A DNA stretch of 32,000 nt from Methanococcus maripaludis (lineage in GTDB: Archaea; AGJL01; Methanococci; Methanococcales; Methanococcaceae). The DNA lies in NCBI RefSeq assembly GCF_002945325.1, contig NZ_CP026606.1, positions 300,001-332,000 of the forward strand. The letters run 5' to 3'. The notes beneath the pieces were generated by a model. The model did no database searches. It had not been told where the DNA came from and worked only from the letters and a program-made list of their open reading frames with translations. Shown one piece after another: positions 16,776-26,504 of the stretch (its first letter is position 1; each line of letters opens with the position of its first letter). The translations under genes were made by a program, and so were the position numbers.

Positions 16776-18299
16776 GTGGGGATTGGCGATATTTTCAACG
16801 CGGGAAAATTTAAAAAAGAAATTGAAAATTTAAAAAAGGAAAACGAACGTTTAACTCAAGAAATTGAAAATTTAAGAAAAGAAAACGATGAATTAAATAA
16901 AAAAGAGTTAAATCTTGAGCAATTGAAATATCTTGATTTAAAAAAGGAAATTGAAAATCTCGAAAGTACAAAGAAAGAGAAAGAAAATGCCTTAAAAATT
17001 TCTTTAGAGAATTTGGATCAAAAACGACAAGATAAAATATACCATATAAATGCAGAAATTAAAAGATTAGAAGAAGAAAAACAAGCTAAAATTAAAGGAA
17101 TCGATCTAGAACTAAAAGCATTTACAAAAAAGACCAATTTAGAAATGAAAAAATTAAAAGAAAGAAAAAATGAACTTTTAGATACTATCGAGGATCTTGA
17201 AAAGAAAATTATCTCTTTTGAAGAAGAAATTTTAATACAATCTTTTGGATTTTATGATCCAAGGTATAATTTAACCACCTCCGAAGCATACAAAAATAAA
17301 TTAACAGAAGTAAGAACTCAACAAAAAGAAATGGTTAAGAATAAAAAAGCTGTTGATTATTTTGACGGTTGGGAACTAAATGGAAGTAAAAAAGAAGGTC
17401 AAAAGATGAACAATGATAATATAAAACTCATTGTTAGGTCTTTTAATAATGAATGTGAAGCCAGTGTTTTCAAAGTTAAATATAATAATATAGATGCGAG
17501 TGAAAAAAGAATTAGAACGTCTTATGATACATTAAATAAGTTGGGGGAAAGAAATAGAATAACAATTACCTCCAGATACCTCAATTTGAAATTACAGGAA
17601 TTGTATTTGGCTTATGAATACGAATTAAAGAAAAGGGAAGAACGTGAAGAACAAGCGAGAATAAAAGAACAGATGAGGGAAGAAGCCAGGGTTTTGAAAG
17701 AAATAGAAACAATGAAAGCCAAAATTGAAAAAGAAGAAACTCATTTTAAACAGGCAGTTGCCGGGATAAAAGAAAAAATGGAAAATGCGACTGAAACTCA
17801 GAAATTAAAATATGAAGAAAAATTAAGGGAACTCGAAGAGAAAATTAGGCTTTTAGAAAAAGATAAAGAAGATGTATACAACAGAGAACAGAATACAAGG
17901 GCAGGTTATGTATACATTATTTCGAATATCGGTTCGTTTGGGGATGACATATATAAAATCGGAATGACTAGACGTCTTGAACCATTTGAACGGGTAAGAG
18001 AACTTAGTGGGGCTTCCGTCCCATTCCCATTCGATGTTCATGCCATGGTATTTAGTGAAGATGCTCCAAAACTTGAAAATGCACTCCATAATTACTTTAG
18101 AGATAGACAATTAAATAAAGTAAACAACAAAAAAGAATTTTTCAAAGTTAATCTTCATGAAGTGGAGAAAGTTGTTAAAGAAAATCATAACAAAGTCGTT
18201 GAATTCACGAAAATTGCTGAAGCTGAACAATATCGCCAAAGTATTGCAATGGATAACAAAATAACTGAAAAAGAAGAAAAAATAGGGTATGAAGCTTAA
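16776..18299 (+). CDS. Coiled-coil + DUF4041 + T5orf172 (GIY-YIG-like/MUG113-type) nuclease-family protein
   Basis: 507-aa ORF with a GTG start 3 nt after GGTGAT and an in-frame stop at 16761. The first ~150 aa are heptad-rich (EIENLKKENERL...). The middle matches my memory of DUF4041 (SFGFYDPRYNLTTSEAYKNKL, KLIVRSFNNECEA, LAYEYELKKREEREEQARIKEQMREE). The C-terminus is T5orf172-like (GYVYIISN...IYKIGMTRRLEPFERVRELSGASVPFPFDVHAMVFSEDAPKLENALH...KEFF). I see no hydrophobic TM segment. Confidence 0.75.
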   Translation: MGIGDIFNAGKFKKEIENLKKENERLTQEIENLRKENDELNKKELNLEQLKYLDLKKEIENLESTKKEKENALKISLENLDQKRQDKIYHINAEIKRLEEEKQAKIKGIDLELKAFTKKTNLEMKKLKERKNELLDTIEDLEKKIISFEEEILIQSFGFYDPRYNLTTSEAYKNKLTEVRTQQKEMVKNKKAVDYFDGWELNGSKKEGQKMNNDNIKLIVRSFNNECEASVFKVKYNNIDASEKRIRTSYDTLNKLGERNRITITSRYLNLKLQELYLAYEYELKKREEREEQARIKEQMREEARVLKEIETMKAKIEKEETHFKQAVAGIKEKMENATETQKLKYEEKLRELEEKIRLLEKDKEDVYNREQNTRAGYVYIISNIGSFGDDIYKIGMTRRLEPFERVRELSGASVPFPFDVHAMVFSEDAPKLENALHNYFRDRQLNKVNNKKEFFKVNLHEVEKVVKENHNKVVEFTKIAEAEQYRQSIAMDNKITEKEEKIGYEA

Positions 18300-18317
18300 T
18301 TAGTAGGGGTGTCAATA

Positions 18318-18734
18318 ATGCATTGTACAGAATGTGGATCTGAAGTTTTTGAAAACGAAAAATTTTGTCATAATTGTGGGGCCAAAATTAGTAGAAATTT
18401 TAAAACAGATATGTCAATTACTACGAACGAGGTTAAAGAACCTGCAATGCAAGTTAAAACGATAGAAGCTCCAAAAACCGCCAAAGTCATCGCAGTTACA
18501 AATGACCGGAAACCTACCACAATGGTAAAAATCATCGCAATAATTCTTTCAATATTTTTACCAGGTGTAGGTCATATGATTTTGGGTGGTTCTTATATAA
18601 ATAAAGGACTCTGGATTTTTATTGGCACGATTGCATGTGCTGTAACAAGTTTTTTAATCCTTCCAATTCTCATACTTATGGGGCTCTGGATTTACGCCAT
18701 TTTTGATCTTGCAAAAGTCCAAACTATTGATTAA
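18318..18734 (+). CDS. Zinc-ribbon membrane protein (N-terminal CxxC-x11-CxxC ribbon, 2-3 C-terminal TM helices)
   Basis: I prefer ATG 18318, 6 nt after GGGGTG; the track start is GTG 18309. The stop of the upstream gene is only 18 nt away, which suggests an operon. The ribbon is CTECGSEVFENEKFCHNCG. A ~45-aa linker leads to IIAIILSIFLPGVGHMILGG...KGLWIFIGTIACAVTSFLILPILILMGLWIYAIF. T-runs follow the stop. Confidence 0.65.
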   Translation: MHCTECGSEVFENEKFCHNCGAKISRNFKTDMSITTNEVKEPAMQVKTIEAPKTAKVIAVTNDRKPTTMVKIIAIILSIFLPGVGHMILGGSYINKGLWIFIGTIACAVTSFLILPILILMGLWIYAIFDLAKVQTID

Positions 18735-18820
18735 ACTACTTTTTTTATTTTTAAATATAAATCTCAAAAATAATTTGCTATTTAAAATATACATTCTTAA
18801 AAAACGTTTAAAAAAGAAAA

Positions 18821-19330
18821 TTATGCTTTATTTGATTTTAAAATTTTAGATCCTCGCATAAGAGCAGTAAGTCCAGTTCTTGCAATTTCTTTTATGCCCA
18901 TTGGCCTTACAAGGTCTAAAAAGGCGTTTACTTTTTGTTCGTCGCCAGTAATTTCAACAGTGAGTGTTTCAGTGCTTAAATCGATAATTTTTCCCCTAAA
19001 TATATTTGCATACTGGATTACCTGAGATTTACTATCTTCAGTAGGCGCATAAACTTTTACAAGACATAATTCTCTTTGTACTGACTTTTTACTGTTTAAA
19101 TCGGTAACTTTTACAACTTCTACCAATTTATTCAACTGTTTTACAACCTGTTCAAGTACTGTATCATCTCCCTGAACAACTATTGTCATTCTTGCAACAT
19201 CAGGGTTTTCAGTGCTTCCAACAGTCATGCTTGAGATATTAAACCATCTTCTGGTAAACAGACCTGAAATTCTCTGCAATACGCCAGGTTTGTGCAAAAC
19301 CAAAACTGAAATGATGTGTTTGTGTTCCAT
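18821..19330 (-). CDS. ilvN: Acetolactate synthase small (regulatory) subunit
   Basis: I prefer ATG 19330 ([11 protein letters not shown]), 4 nt after GGTGAT. The ACT-type N-terminus is present ([32 protein letters not shown]). It lies directly downstream of ilvB. Confidence 0.9.
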   Translation of the reverse strand: MEHKHIISVLVLHKPGVLQRISGLFTRRWFNISSMTVGSTENPDVARMTIVVQGDDTVLEQVVKQLNKLVEVVKVTDLNSKKSVQRELCLVKVYAPTEDSKSQVIQYANIFRGKIIDLSTETLTVEITGDEQKVNAFLDLVRPMGIKEIARTGLTALMRGSKILKSNKA

Positions 19331-19343
19331 TGCAATCACCCGA

Positions 19344-21107
19344 TTAGACCTTAGGACTAAGTATTTTTTTCATTTCGCTAAAGCATTGAGCTTTTGGAGT
19401 TGGCTCCTGTCGGTCAGGGAATAATATATTTGTCATGTTTCCTCCAGGAGGTACCATATGCAGTGCTTCTGACGGGTCGATTATGATATCGAGTAAATAT
19501 GGTTTTCCACTGTTTAATGCAGTTTTGAAAGCTTCATTAATATCTTCAGGTTTTTCAACTCTCAAAGCACCGATTCCATAGCTTTCTGCAAGTTTTATGA
19601 AGTCAGGTGTTTCCCCAAGGTGTACTGCACACTGTCTTTTTCCATAGTATAAGTTCTGCCATTGGTAAACCATTCCAAGTGTCCTGTTGTCAAAAATTAC
19701 AACGATAACAGGTATTTCGTATTCTGCAATTGTTGCAAGTTCTTGTGAATTCATTAAAAATCCACCGTCTCCAGTTACAGCAATTACATTTGCATCAGGC
19801 CTTGCAAATTTAGCACCAATTGCCGCAGGGAATCCAAAGCCCATCGTACCCTGACCTCCTGATGAAAGGAAAGATTTTGGAGCGCTTGTTTGGAAATAGT
19901 GTGCCATCCACATCTGATTTTGACCTACATCGGTAGTAAGAACCGTGTTTGTTAAACCGGGATCAACTTCTCTAAGTGCCGCCATCATTTCTTTGATAAC
20001 CTTTTGGGGTTTTATTGGAGTATTGTCAAATTCCATTACAGGCATGGACTTTTTCTGAAGTTTTTTAACATTTTCCATCCATTCTGTTTTATTTACCATT
20101 TCTTTTTTCATCAAATGGATCAGAATATCTTTTAAAATTGCTTTTGCATCTCCAACTATTGGGATATCTACTCCAACATTCTTTCCAATCTCTGCTGGGT
20201 CAATATCTATGTGGATTACCTTTGTGTTTGGTGCAAAGCTTGAAAGATCCCCAGTAATCCTATCTGAAAACCTGCATCCGATTGCAATTAAAACATCGCT
20301 TTCGTAAACAGAATAATTTGAAGCTTGTGTTCCGTGCATCCCAACCATACCTAATGAAAGAGGGTGTTCTTCAGGGAAAACGCCTTTACCCATTAAAGTA
20401 GTACAAACTGGAATTTGAGCATATTCTGATAATTTTATAAGTTCAGGAGTTGCATTTGCAATCTGAACCCCGCCGCCTGCAATAATAACAGGTCTTTGTG
20501 CGATTTTCATTAATTCTGCAGCTTTTTTGATCTGTAAAGGGTGTCCAAATTTCGTTGGTTTATATCCTTGAAGATTAATTTCAGCAGGAATTGGGTATTT
20601 TTCTAAGTCTAAATCATCATCCTGAACATCTTTTGGCAAATCAACATGAACTGCACCGGGCCTTCCCGTTTTTGCAATTTCAAATGCTTTTCTAAATATT
20701 TTTGGAATTTCGCTTGTTTTTTGAATCTGGAAGTTGTGCTTTGTAATCGGCATGAAGATTCCAAGTGCGTCAATCTCTTGGAATGCATCATTTCCTATTA
20801 ATTTTGTTGGAACCTGTCCAGTTAATGCAACAACTGGAGAAGAGTCTGCATGTGCTGTTGCAACTCCTGTAACAAGGTTTGTAGCACCTGGACCAGATGT
20901 AGCAACACATACACCTACATCGCCACTTGCTCTTGCATATCCATCAGCTGCGTGTGCTGCAGCCTGTTCGTGCCTTGTTAAAATGTGTAAAAAGTCACTT
21001 TGATAGAGTGCGTCGTAAAAGGGAAGTAATTGGCCCCCAGGGTATCCGAAAAGGACTTTTACATTTTCTGCTTCTAGGGCCTTCATCATAGCCTCTGCTC
21101 CTTTCAT
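19344..21107 (-). CDS. ilvB: Acetolactate synthase large (catalytic) subunit, ThDP-dependent
   Basis: 587-aa ORF with GGTGAT before the ATG. The N-terminus is [25 protein letters not shown] and the ThDP motif [15 protein letters not shown] is present. Confidence 0.95.
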   Translation of the reverse strand: MKGAEAMMKALEAENVKVLFGYPGGQLLPFYDALYQSDFLHILTRHEQAAAHAADGYARASGDVGVCVATSGPGATNLVTGVATAHADSSPVVALTGQVPTKLIGNDAFQEIDALGIFMPITKHNFQIQKTSEIPKIFRKAFEIAKTGRPGAVHVDLPKDVQDDDLDLEKYPIPAEINLQGYKPTKFGHPLQIKKAAELMKIAQRPVIIAGGGVQIANATPELIKLSEYAQIPVCTTLMGKGVFPEEHPLSLGMVGMHGTQASNYSVYESDVLIAIGCRFSDRITGDLSSFAPNTKVIHIDIDPAEIGKNVGVDIPIVGDAKAILKDILIHLMKKEMVNKTEWMENVKKLQKKSMPVMEFDNTPIKPQKVIKEMMAALREVDPGLTNTVLTTDVGQNQMWMAHYFQTSAPKSFLSSGGQGTMGFGFPAAIGAKFARPDANVIAVTGDGGFLMNSQELATIAEYEIPVIVVIFDNRTLGMVYQWQNLYYGKRQCAVHLGETPDFIKLAESYGIGALRVEKPEDINEAFKTALNSGKPYLLDIIIDPSEALHMVPPGGNMTNILFPDRQEPTPKAQCFSEMKKILSPKV

Positions 21108-21268
21108 GAGATCACCAAGTAATAAAGACGTAATGGATTTAAAATTAATTCGTTTTTAATTTATTAACTCAAAATCTTATATAAATATTATGAAAACATA
21201 AAAATTGTAAGAATTGTTTATTTTAATTATCTCATCAGACATATATTAAATTAATTCAATGTGAAAGT

Positions 21269-22804
21269 ATGATTTTAGGTATCTGTGATGGCCATGCTTC
21301 AAGTGCGTCGTTAATTGATGAAAAAAAAGTAATCTATGCTGCAAGCGAAGAAAGATTTACAAGAAAAAAGAATTTTAGAGGATATCCAGTAAATTCCATA
21401 GATTACGGGTTAAATTCTTTTGTAAGTAATGAGGATAAATTATCGGCAATTACTGTTGGTGGGCAGTTTAGAAAGGGGGGGCGGCTAAAAAAACTTAAAA
21501 TTCTTCAGGAAAATTTAGAAATCCCGATGTATTACTTTAATCATCATTTATGCCATGCTGCAAGCTATAAACTATCAAATTTTAAAGAATGCCTAATTCT
21601 AACAATGGACGGTGGAGGAGATGGACTTTCTTCAACGCTATCTATAGGAAAAGGTTCAAAAATAGAAACGATTGCTCAAAGTGATTTAATCGATTCAGTA
21701 GGCGATTTTTACGCATCAATTACGGAACTACTGGGATTTAAACCAATGGAAGATGAAGGAAAAGTTATGAGTCTTTCAAGTTTTGAATCAAGTGATTCTA
21801 AAATTAATCTCGATACTATTGATTACAACGAAAAAACTAAATCTTTTAAAAATTATCGCGGAGTAATCGGCTCTGAATCTACAAAAGCATTAAAAAGAAT
21901 TTTAGATTATTCAACGCCAAATAATTCATACGATATTCAAATTTCAAAATTTGCTCAAAGTAAATTAGAAGAAGTTGTTTTAAAACTTTTAAAGCAGTTT
22001 GTAAATGAAACAGGGATTAAAAATATTGTATTTAGCGGTGGGGTTGCACAAAACGTCAAATTGAATAAAAAAATAAGTGAACAGGAGTTTGTGGATAATT
22101 TATACGTCCCCCCATTTACAGGGGATGAAGGTTTAGCAATTGGATCGTCGATTTTGTGTTCTAAAAAAGATTTTGATTTAAAAAATACCTATTTAGGTTA
22201 TGAAATTGATAATTATAATGTTGAAAAACTTGTTGAATCAGAAAAAAACTTCAAATTTAAATATGTCGAAGAAAAGGACATTCCTGAAATTATTGGCTCA
22301 TTGATTCTGAATAATAAACTTGTATGCGTTTCAAGACAAAAAATGGAATTTGGACCTCGTGCTCTTGGAAACAGAAGTATATTAGGACTTCCAACAAAAG
22401 AAAATTCGAAAAGACTTGCAAAAACTCTTAAAAGAAATTCATTCATGCCTTATGCTCCAACAATTCTTAATGAATACTCTGAAATTTATTTAAAAAACAA
22501 GTTAGAAAGCCCGTACATGACCATGCTCTTTGATTGTTTTGAATCTAACAAAAAGGATATTGAAGGAACCGTTCATGTCGATGGAACTACAAGAGCGCAA
22601 ACACTAAAAAAAGAATTTAACGAAACATATTACAATATTGTTAATTTTGTAAATGATAAAACAAAAATTCCTGCAGTTTTAAATACCAGTTTCAATTTAC
22701 ATGGTGAACCGATTGTCTGCAGTGAAATCGATGCTATAAATTCATTTAAAAAAGTTGGAGATGCACTTTTACTTGGAAATTATTTGATTGAAAAAATTAA
22801 TTAG
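21269..22804 (+). CDS. NodU/CmcH-family carbamoyltransferase-like protein
   Basis: 511-aa ORF. Supporting blocks are ILGICDGHASSASLI...AASEERFTRKKN, NHHLCHAAS and a C-terminal TSFNLHGEPIV, all typical of the carbamoyltransferase (Kae1-like N domain + YrdC-like C domain) family. Confidence 0.8.
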   Translation: MILGICDGHASSASLIDEKKVIYAASEERFTRKKNFRGYPVNSIDYGLNSFVSNEDKLSAITVGGQFRKGGRLKKLKILQENLEIPMYYFNHHLCHAASYKLSNFKECLILTMDGGGDGLSSTLSIGKGSKIETIAQSDLIDSVGDFYASITELLGFKPMEDEGKVMSLSSFESSDSKINLDTIDYNEKTKSFKNYRGVIGSESTKALKRILDYSTPNNSYDIQISKFAQSKLEEVVLKLLKQFVNETGIKNIVFSGGVAQNVKLNKKISEQEFVDNLYVPPFTGDEGLAIGSSILCSKKDFDLKNTYLGYEIDNYNVEKLVESEKNFKFKYVEEKDIPEIIGSLILNNKLVCVSRQKMEFGPRALGNRSILGLPTKENSKRLAKTLKRNSFMPYAPTILNEYSEIYLKNKLESPYMTMLFDCFESNKKDIEGTVHVDGTTRAQTLKKEFNETYYNIVNFVNDKTKIPAVLNTSFNLHGEPIVCSEIDAINSFKKVGDALLLGNYLIEKIN

Positions 22805-22814
22805 GAGAATATTT

Positions 22815-23828
22815 ATGATCACAATTGATGGAAGTTATCTTGAAGGCGGAGGGCAGATTGTAAGAACCGCGGTTTCTCTTTCTGCAATAACTAAAAAACC
22901 AGTTAAAATCATAAATATTCGAAAAAACAGAAAAAATCCAGGGTTATCAAACCAACATATCGCTTGTGTATCGGCAGTTTCAAAAATTTGTAATGCAAAA
23001 GTTGAAGGGCTTATAAAAGGCTCTGAAACTTTAGTTTTTTATCCTGGGGAAATTATTTCTAAAAATTTTGAAATAGATATTAAAACTGCGGGAAGCATTT
23101 CTCTTGTTATTCAATCAATACTCCCGATTGCCCTTGCAATAGATAAAAATATTGAAATTACAATAATTGGTGGAACTAATGTCGAATTTTCACCACCAAT
23201 CGATTATATTAAAAATATAACATTGAAATTTTTGGAAAATATAGGAATTAATTCAGAAATAACGATATTAAAACGAGGATTTTTCCCAAAAGGTGGAGGG
23301 ATTGTCAAAATAACGCTAAAACCCTCAAAAATAAATCCATATGAACTAATTGAAAATGAAAATATCGAAATTAAAGGAATTGTTTTCAACCAGAACCTCG
23401 ATGAAAATATTTCAAAAAGAATTAAAAAGTCAGCAAGTGATGAATTATTAAACAGCGGATTTTGCCCAGAAATTAAACTTGAAAAAACAAATGGCGAAAG
23501 TTCAGGTGTTGGAATATTTTTGTATACAAATTATATCGGTTCAGACTGCCTTGGAAAAAAAGGACTTTTATCTGAAGCCGTTGGAAAAACCGCATCTGAA
23601 AAGTTATTTGAAGAATTAACTACAAAAATGGCAATAGATTCGCATTTGGCCGATCAAATAATTCCATTTATGCCTTTTTCAGATATTAAAATAGGCGTTT
23701 CAAAAATTACAAACCATACACTGACAAATATTTATGTTGTCGAAAAATTCTTTGATGTTAAGTATAATATCAAAAAATACGAAGAAAAAAATGCAAACGG
23801 ATACATAATATCCACTAAAGGTGTTTAA
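22815..23828 (+). CDS. rtcA: RNA 3'-terminal phosphate cyclase
   Basis: I prefer ATG 22815 after TAGGAG; the track start 22788 overlaps the previous gene. Supporting blocks are [30 protein letters not shown] and [11 protein letters not shown]. Confidence 0.85.
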   Translation: MITIDGSYLEGGGQIVRTAVSLSAITKKPVKIINIRKNRKNPGLSNQHIACVSAVSKICNAKVEGLIKGSETLVFYPGEIISKNFEIDIKTAGSISLVIQSILPIALAIDKNIEITIIGGTNVEFSPPIDYIKNITLKFLENIGINSEITILKRGFFPKGGGIVKITLKPSKINPYELIENENIEIKGIVFNQNLDENISKRIKKSASDELLNSGFCPEIKLEKTNGESSGVGIFLYTNYIGSDCLGKKGLLSEAVGKTASEKLFEELTTKMAIDSHLADQIIPFMPFSDIKIGVSKITNHTLTNIYVVEKFFDVKYNIKKYEEKNANGYIISTKGV

Positions 23829-23831
23829 ATT

Positions 23832-24248
23832 ATGTATAATTACTTTGAAACTACCGCAGATATTGGGATAATTGCTTTTGGAAAAACTCTTGAAGAATCT
23901 TTTGAAAATTCTGCAAGAGGCTTATCAAATATTATGGTTGATATCGAATCAATTGAAAAAATTGAAAAGCATTCGTTTAAAGTTATTTCTGAAGACCTTT
24001 TCGGGCTTTTATATGACTTCTTAACAGAACTTTTGATACTCCATGATTCGGAGTTGTTAATATTTTCGGAATTTAATGTAAAAATCGAGAAAAACAAATG
24101 TTATGAATTAAGTTGTGTTGCTTTTGGAGATAGGTACTCAAAAGACAAATACGAACCAAAAGAAGAGGTAAAAGCAATTACATATCACAGAATGGAAATA
24201 ATTAAGAACGAAAACTGCTGGAAAACACAGTTTATCGTAGATTTGTAA
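23832..24248 (+). CDS. Archease
   Basis: 138-aa ORF starting 3 nt after the rtcA stop. The N-terminus FETTADIGIIAFGKTLEESFENSARGL and the C-terminal KAITYH are typical archease. Confidence 0.85.
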   Translation: MYNYFETTADIGIIAFGKTLEESFENSARGLSNIMVDIESIEKIEKHSFKVISEDLFGLLYDFLTELLILHDSELLIFSEFNVKIEKNKCYELSCVAFGDRYSKDKYEPKEEVKAITYHRMEIIKNENCWKTQFIVDL

Positions 24249-24249
24249 T

Positions 24250-24450
24250 TTAACATTTCATTGAGATATCATATGCAGTATCTGCCCATGAATCCATGAT
24301 AAATCTTGCATTTCTCCGACCAGACTTTTTGATGGCCATTTTTCTTAAAGTAAATATAGTTTCGTCCAATTCTTCTTTGGACATCATTGGAGCTTTTAAT
24401 AACATTTCTACTGCCATTTTATCCATTTTGGAATCTTCTTCCAGACTCAT
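24250..24450 (-). CDS. Small hypothetical protein (66 aa)
   Basis: The ATG is preceded by GGGGAT with a 5-nt spacer on the minus strand. It is convergent with archease, leaving 1 nt between the stops. No family recognised. A 62-aa plus-strand ORF overlaps it. Confidence 0.4.
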   Translation of the reverse strand: MSLEEDSKMDKMAVEMLLKAPMMSKEELDETIFTLRKMAIKKSGRRNARFIMDSWADTAYDISMKC

Positions 24451-24663
24451 AAATTATCCCCGAAAATCTGTCTATCCTGTATAAATTTAAAATATTAATA
24501 TTAATTTTAATAAATTACGTTTATAATAATACTAATTTTAAATATATTATTATGATATATATAAATATCTGTAAAAGATAATATTAAAAAATTCCTGCAT
24601 TCGGTTAGATATATATGTATAAAAGTCGATATAGGAATTGTTTTTAATGGCAAGGGTGAAACT

Positions 24664-25608
24664 ATGGACGTATCAATTATTGGGGCATCAGGCAAAATTG
24701 GGAGTGTTTTATCATTGCTTTTAGCAAAAGAAAGCTACATAAAAAATATTAATTTAATTGCCCGAAATAGTTCCATCAATAAGTTAAAAGGACTTAAAAT
24801 GGACCTTTATGATGCAATGGCCGCCGCGGGACAGGATACTAACATTGACATATGCTGTGACGATGATTTATCATGTACTGCTAACTCAGATATTACCATA
24901 ATTACAGCAGGTATGGCCAGAACTGGAGAGATGTCGAGAATCGACCTTATGAAGGGAAATGCAAAAATTGTAAAAAATTATGTGAAAAATATTGCTAATT
25001 TTGGGGATACTAAAATATTCATGATTTCAAATCCTGTTGACCTGATGACTTACAAAGCACTTATCGAAAGTGGCTATGAAAAAAATCAAGTCTTTGGACT
25101 TGGAACGCACCTTGATTCAATGCGATTTAAAGTAGCAGTTGCAAAACATTTTGAGGTTCACCTTGATGATGTTAGAACAAGGATTGTTGGAGAACATGGC
25201 GACAGCATGGTTCCAGTAATCAGCGCGACTGCAGTAGGTGGAATTCCAATCAAAAGATTGCCAAAATATGAAGATTTCCCGTATGAAAAGATACTTGAAA
25301 GAATTAAAGGTTATGGGCAAGAAATCATAACTTTAAAAAACGGTTCTGAATACGGCCCTGCATCAGCAATTGTAAACATTGTACGATGTATTGCACATGA
25401 TGAAAAACGACTTTTAACCCTTTCTACATACATCGAAGACGAAATCGAGGGTATTGAAGGAGGCTGCTGTATAGGAGTTCCTGTAAAAGTAGGCAAAAAT
25501 GGAATTGAAGAAGTAATCCATATAAAAATGGAAGATAATGAAATTGAAGGATTTAAAAAATCTTTTGAATTAGTTAAAGGATACTGCAGACAGATTGAAT
25601 CTATTTAA
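24664..25608 (+). CDS. mdh: LDH-like malate dehydrogenase (LDH/MDH superfamily)
   Basis: 314-aa ORF with GGGTGA before the ATG. Supporting blocks are IIGASGKIGSVLSLLLA (Rossmann), MISNPVD, GLGTHLDSMRF and VGEHGDSMVP (catalytic His). Confidence 0.85.
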   Translation: MDVSIIGASGKIGSVLSLLLAKESYIKNINLIARNSSINKLKGLKMDLYDAMAAAGQDTNIDICCDDDLSCTANSDITIITAGMARTGEMSRIDLMKGNAKIVKNYVKNIANFGDTKIFMISNPVDLMTYKALIESGYEKNQVFGLGTHLDSMRFKVAVAKHFEVHLDDVRTRIVGEHGDSMVPVISATAVGGIPIKRLPKYEDFPYEKILERIKGYGQEIITLKNGSEYGPASAIVNIVRCIAHDEKRLLTLSTYIEDEIEGIEGGCCIGVPVKVGKNGIEEVIHIKMEDNEIEGFKKSFELVKGYCRQIESI

Positions 25609-26500
25609 TAAATGGGAAGATAGCGTGGAAGTTTCTGAAAGAATAATCATAGGAAATAAAATTTCAAAAATCACGATTGTTGCAAATATTGGCTTATCCA
25701 TTCTAAAAATACTTACAGGAGTATTTGGTAGGAGTAGTGCTTTAATTGCGGATGGAATGCATTCATTTTCTGATATTTTAAGTACAGTTGTGGTTATGCT
25801 TGGATTAAAACTTTCAGAAAAGCCTGCAGATGAATCCCACCCGTATGGTCATGAAAGAATCGAACCTGCATTAACAAAAATTTTAGCGGTAATTTTACTT
25901 GTAACTGCCTTGATGATTTTTTACTGTGGATTAACCACCATTATTGGCGGAAATTACCAAATCCCTGGAAATATAACCATAATTGCGGCTTTGATCTCCA
26001 TTTTTACAAAAGAATGGATGTATAAGTACACCAAAAAAGGTGCTGACCGAATTGAAAGTTCAGCACTCCTTGCAGATGCCTGGCACCACAGATCTGATGC
26101 ATTTTCATCAGTTGGAACATTAATTGGTGTTGTTGGCGCAAAACTTGGGTATCCAATACTTGATCCCATTGCATCAATAGTAATTTCATTATTTATTGCA
26201 AAAATGGCATTTGAAATATATTTCAAAGCATTAAACCAGCTTCTCGATAGGGCGGCGGATTCAAAAACTATTGAAGAAATTAAAAAAATAATTCTTTCGG
26301 TTGACGGTGTTTTGGAGATAGATGTATTAAAAACGAGAATTCATTCAAACAAAATCTATGTTGACGTTGAAATTTCAGTTGATAAAGATTTATCATTAAT
26401 TGAAGCGCATAACATCTCTGAAAACGTCCACTCACAAATTGAAAGAAAATTAAAAAGAGTAAAACACTGTATGGTTCATGTGAACCCGTATTTAAAATAA
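25595..26500 (+). CDS. Cation diffusion facilitator (CDF) family metal transporter
   Basis: Six TM segments and the CDF motifs ADGMHSFSDILS and ADAWHHRSDAFSS, with a cytoplasmic C-terminal domain. The start is ambiguous. TTG 25595 overlaps the mdh 3' end by 14 nt, and GTG 25625 is the alternative. There is no early ATG. Confidence 0.8.
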   Translation: MNLFNKWEDSVEVSERIIIGNKISKITIVANIGLSILKILTGVFGRSSALIADGMHSFSDILSTVVVMLGLKLSEKPADESHPYGHERIEPALTKILAVILLVTALMIFYCGLTTIIGGNYQIPGNITIIAALISIFTKEWMYKYTKKGADRIESSALLADAWHHRSDAFSSVGTLIGVVGAKLGYPILDPIASIVISLFIAKMAFEIYFKALNQLLDRAADSKTIEEIKKIILSVDGVLEIDVLKTRIHSNKIYVDVEISVDKDLSLIEAHNISENVHSQIERKLKRVKHCMVHVNPYLK

Positions 26501-26504
26501 TAAG

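Noticed and set aside
15698-18820. Calling the island a mobile element or prophage remnant
   Set aside because: No integrase, transposase, tRNA target, terminal inverted repeats or flanking direct repeats were visible by eye. Only the accessory-like content supports foreign origin, so I made no mobile_element call.
22788-22814. Upstream start for rtcA overlapping the carbamoyltransferase gene
   Set aside because: ATG 22815 is preceded by TAGGAG and yields the conserved RtcA N-terminus (MITIDGS...). The extension (MKKLIRRIF) is unsupported.
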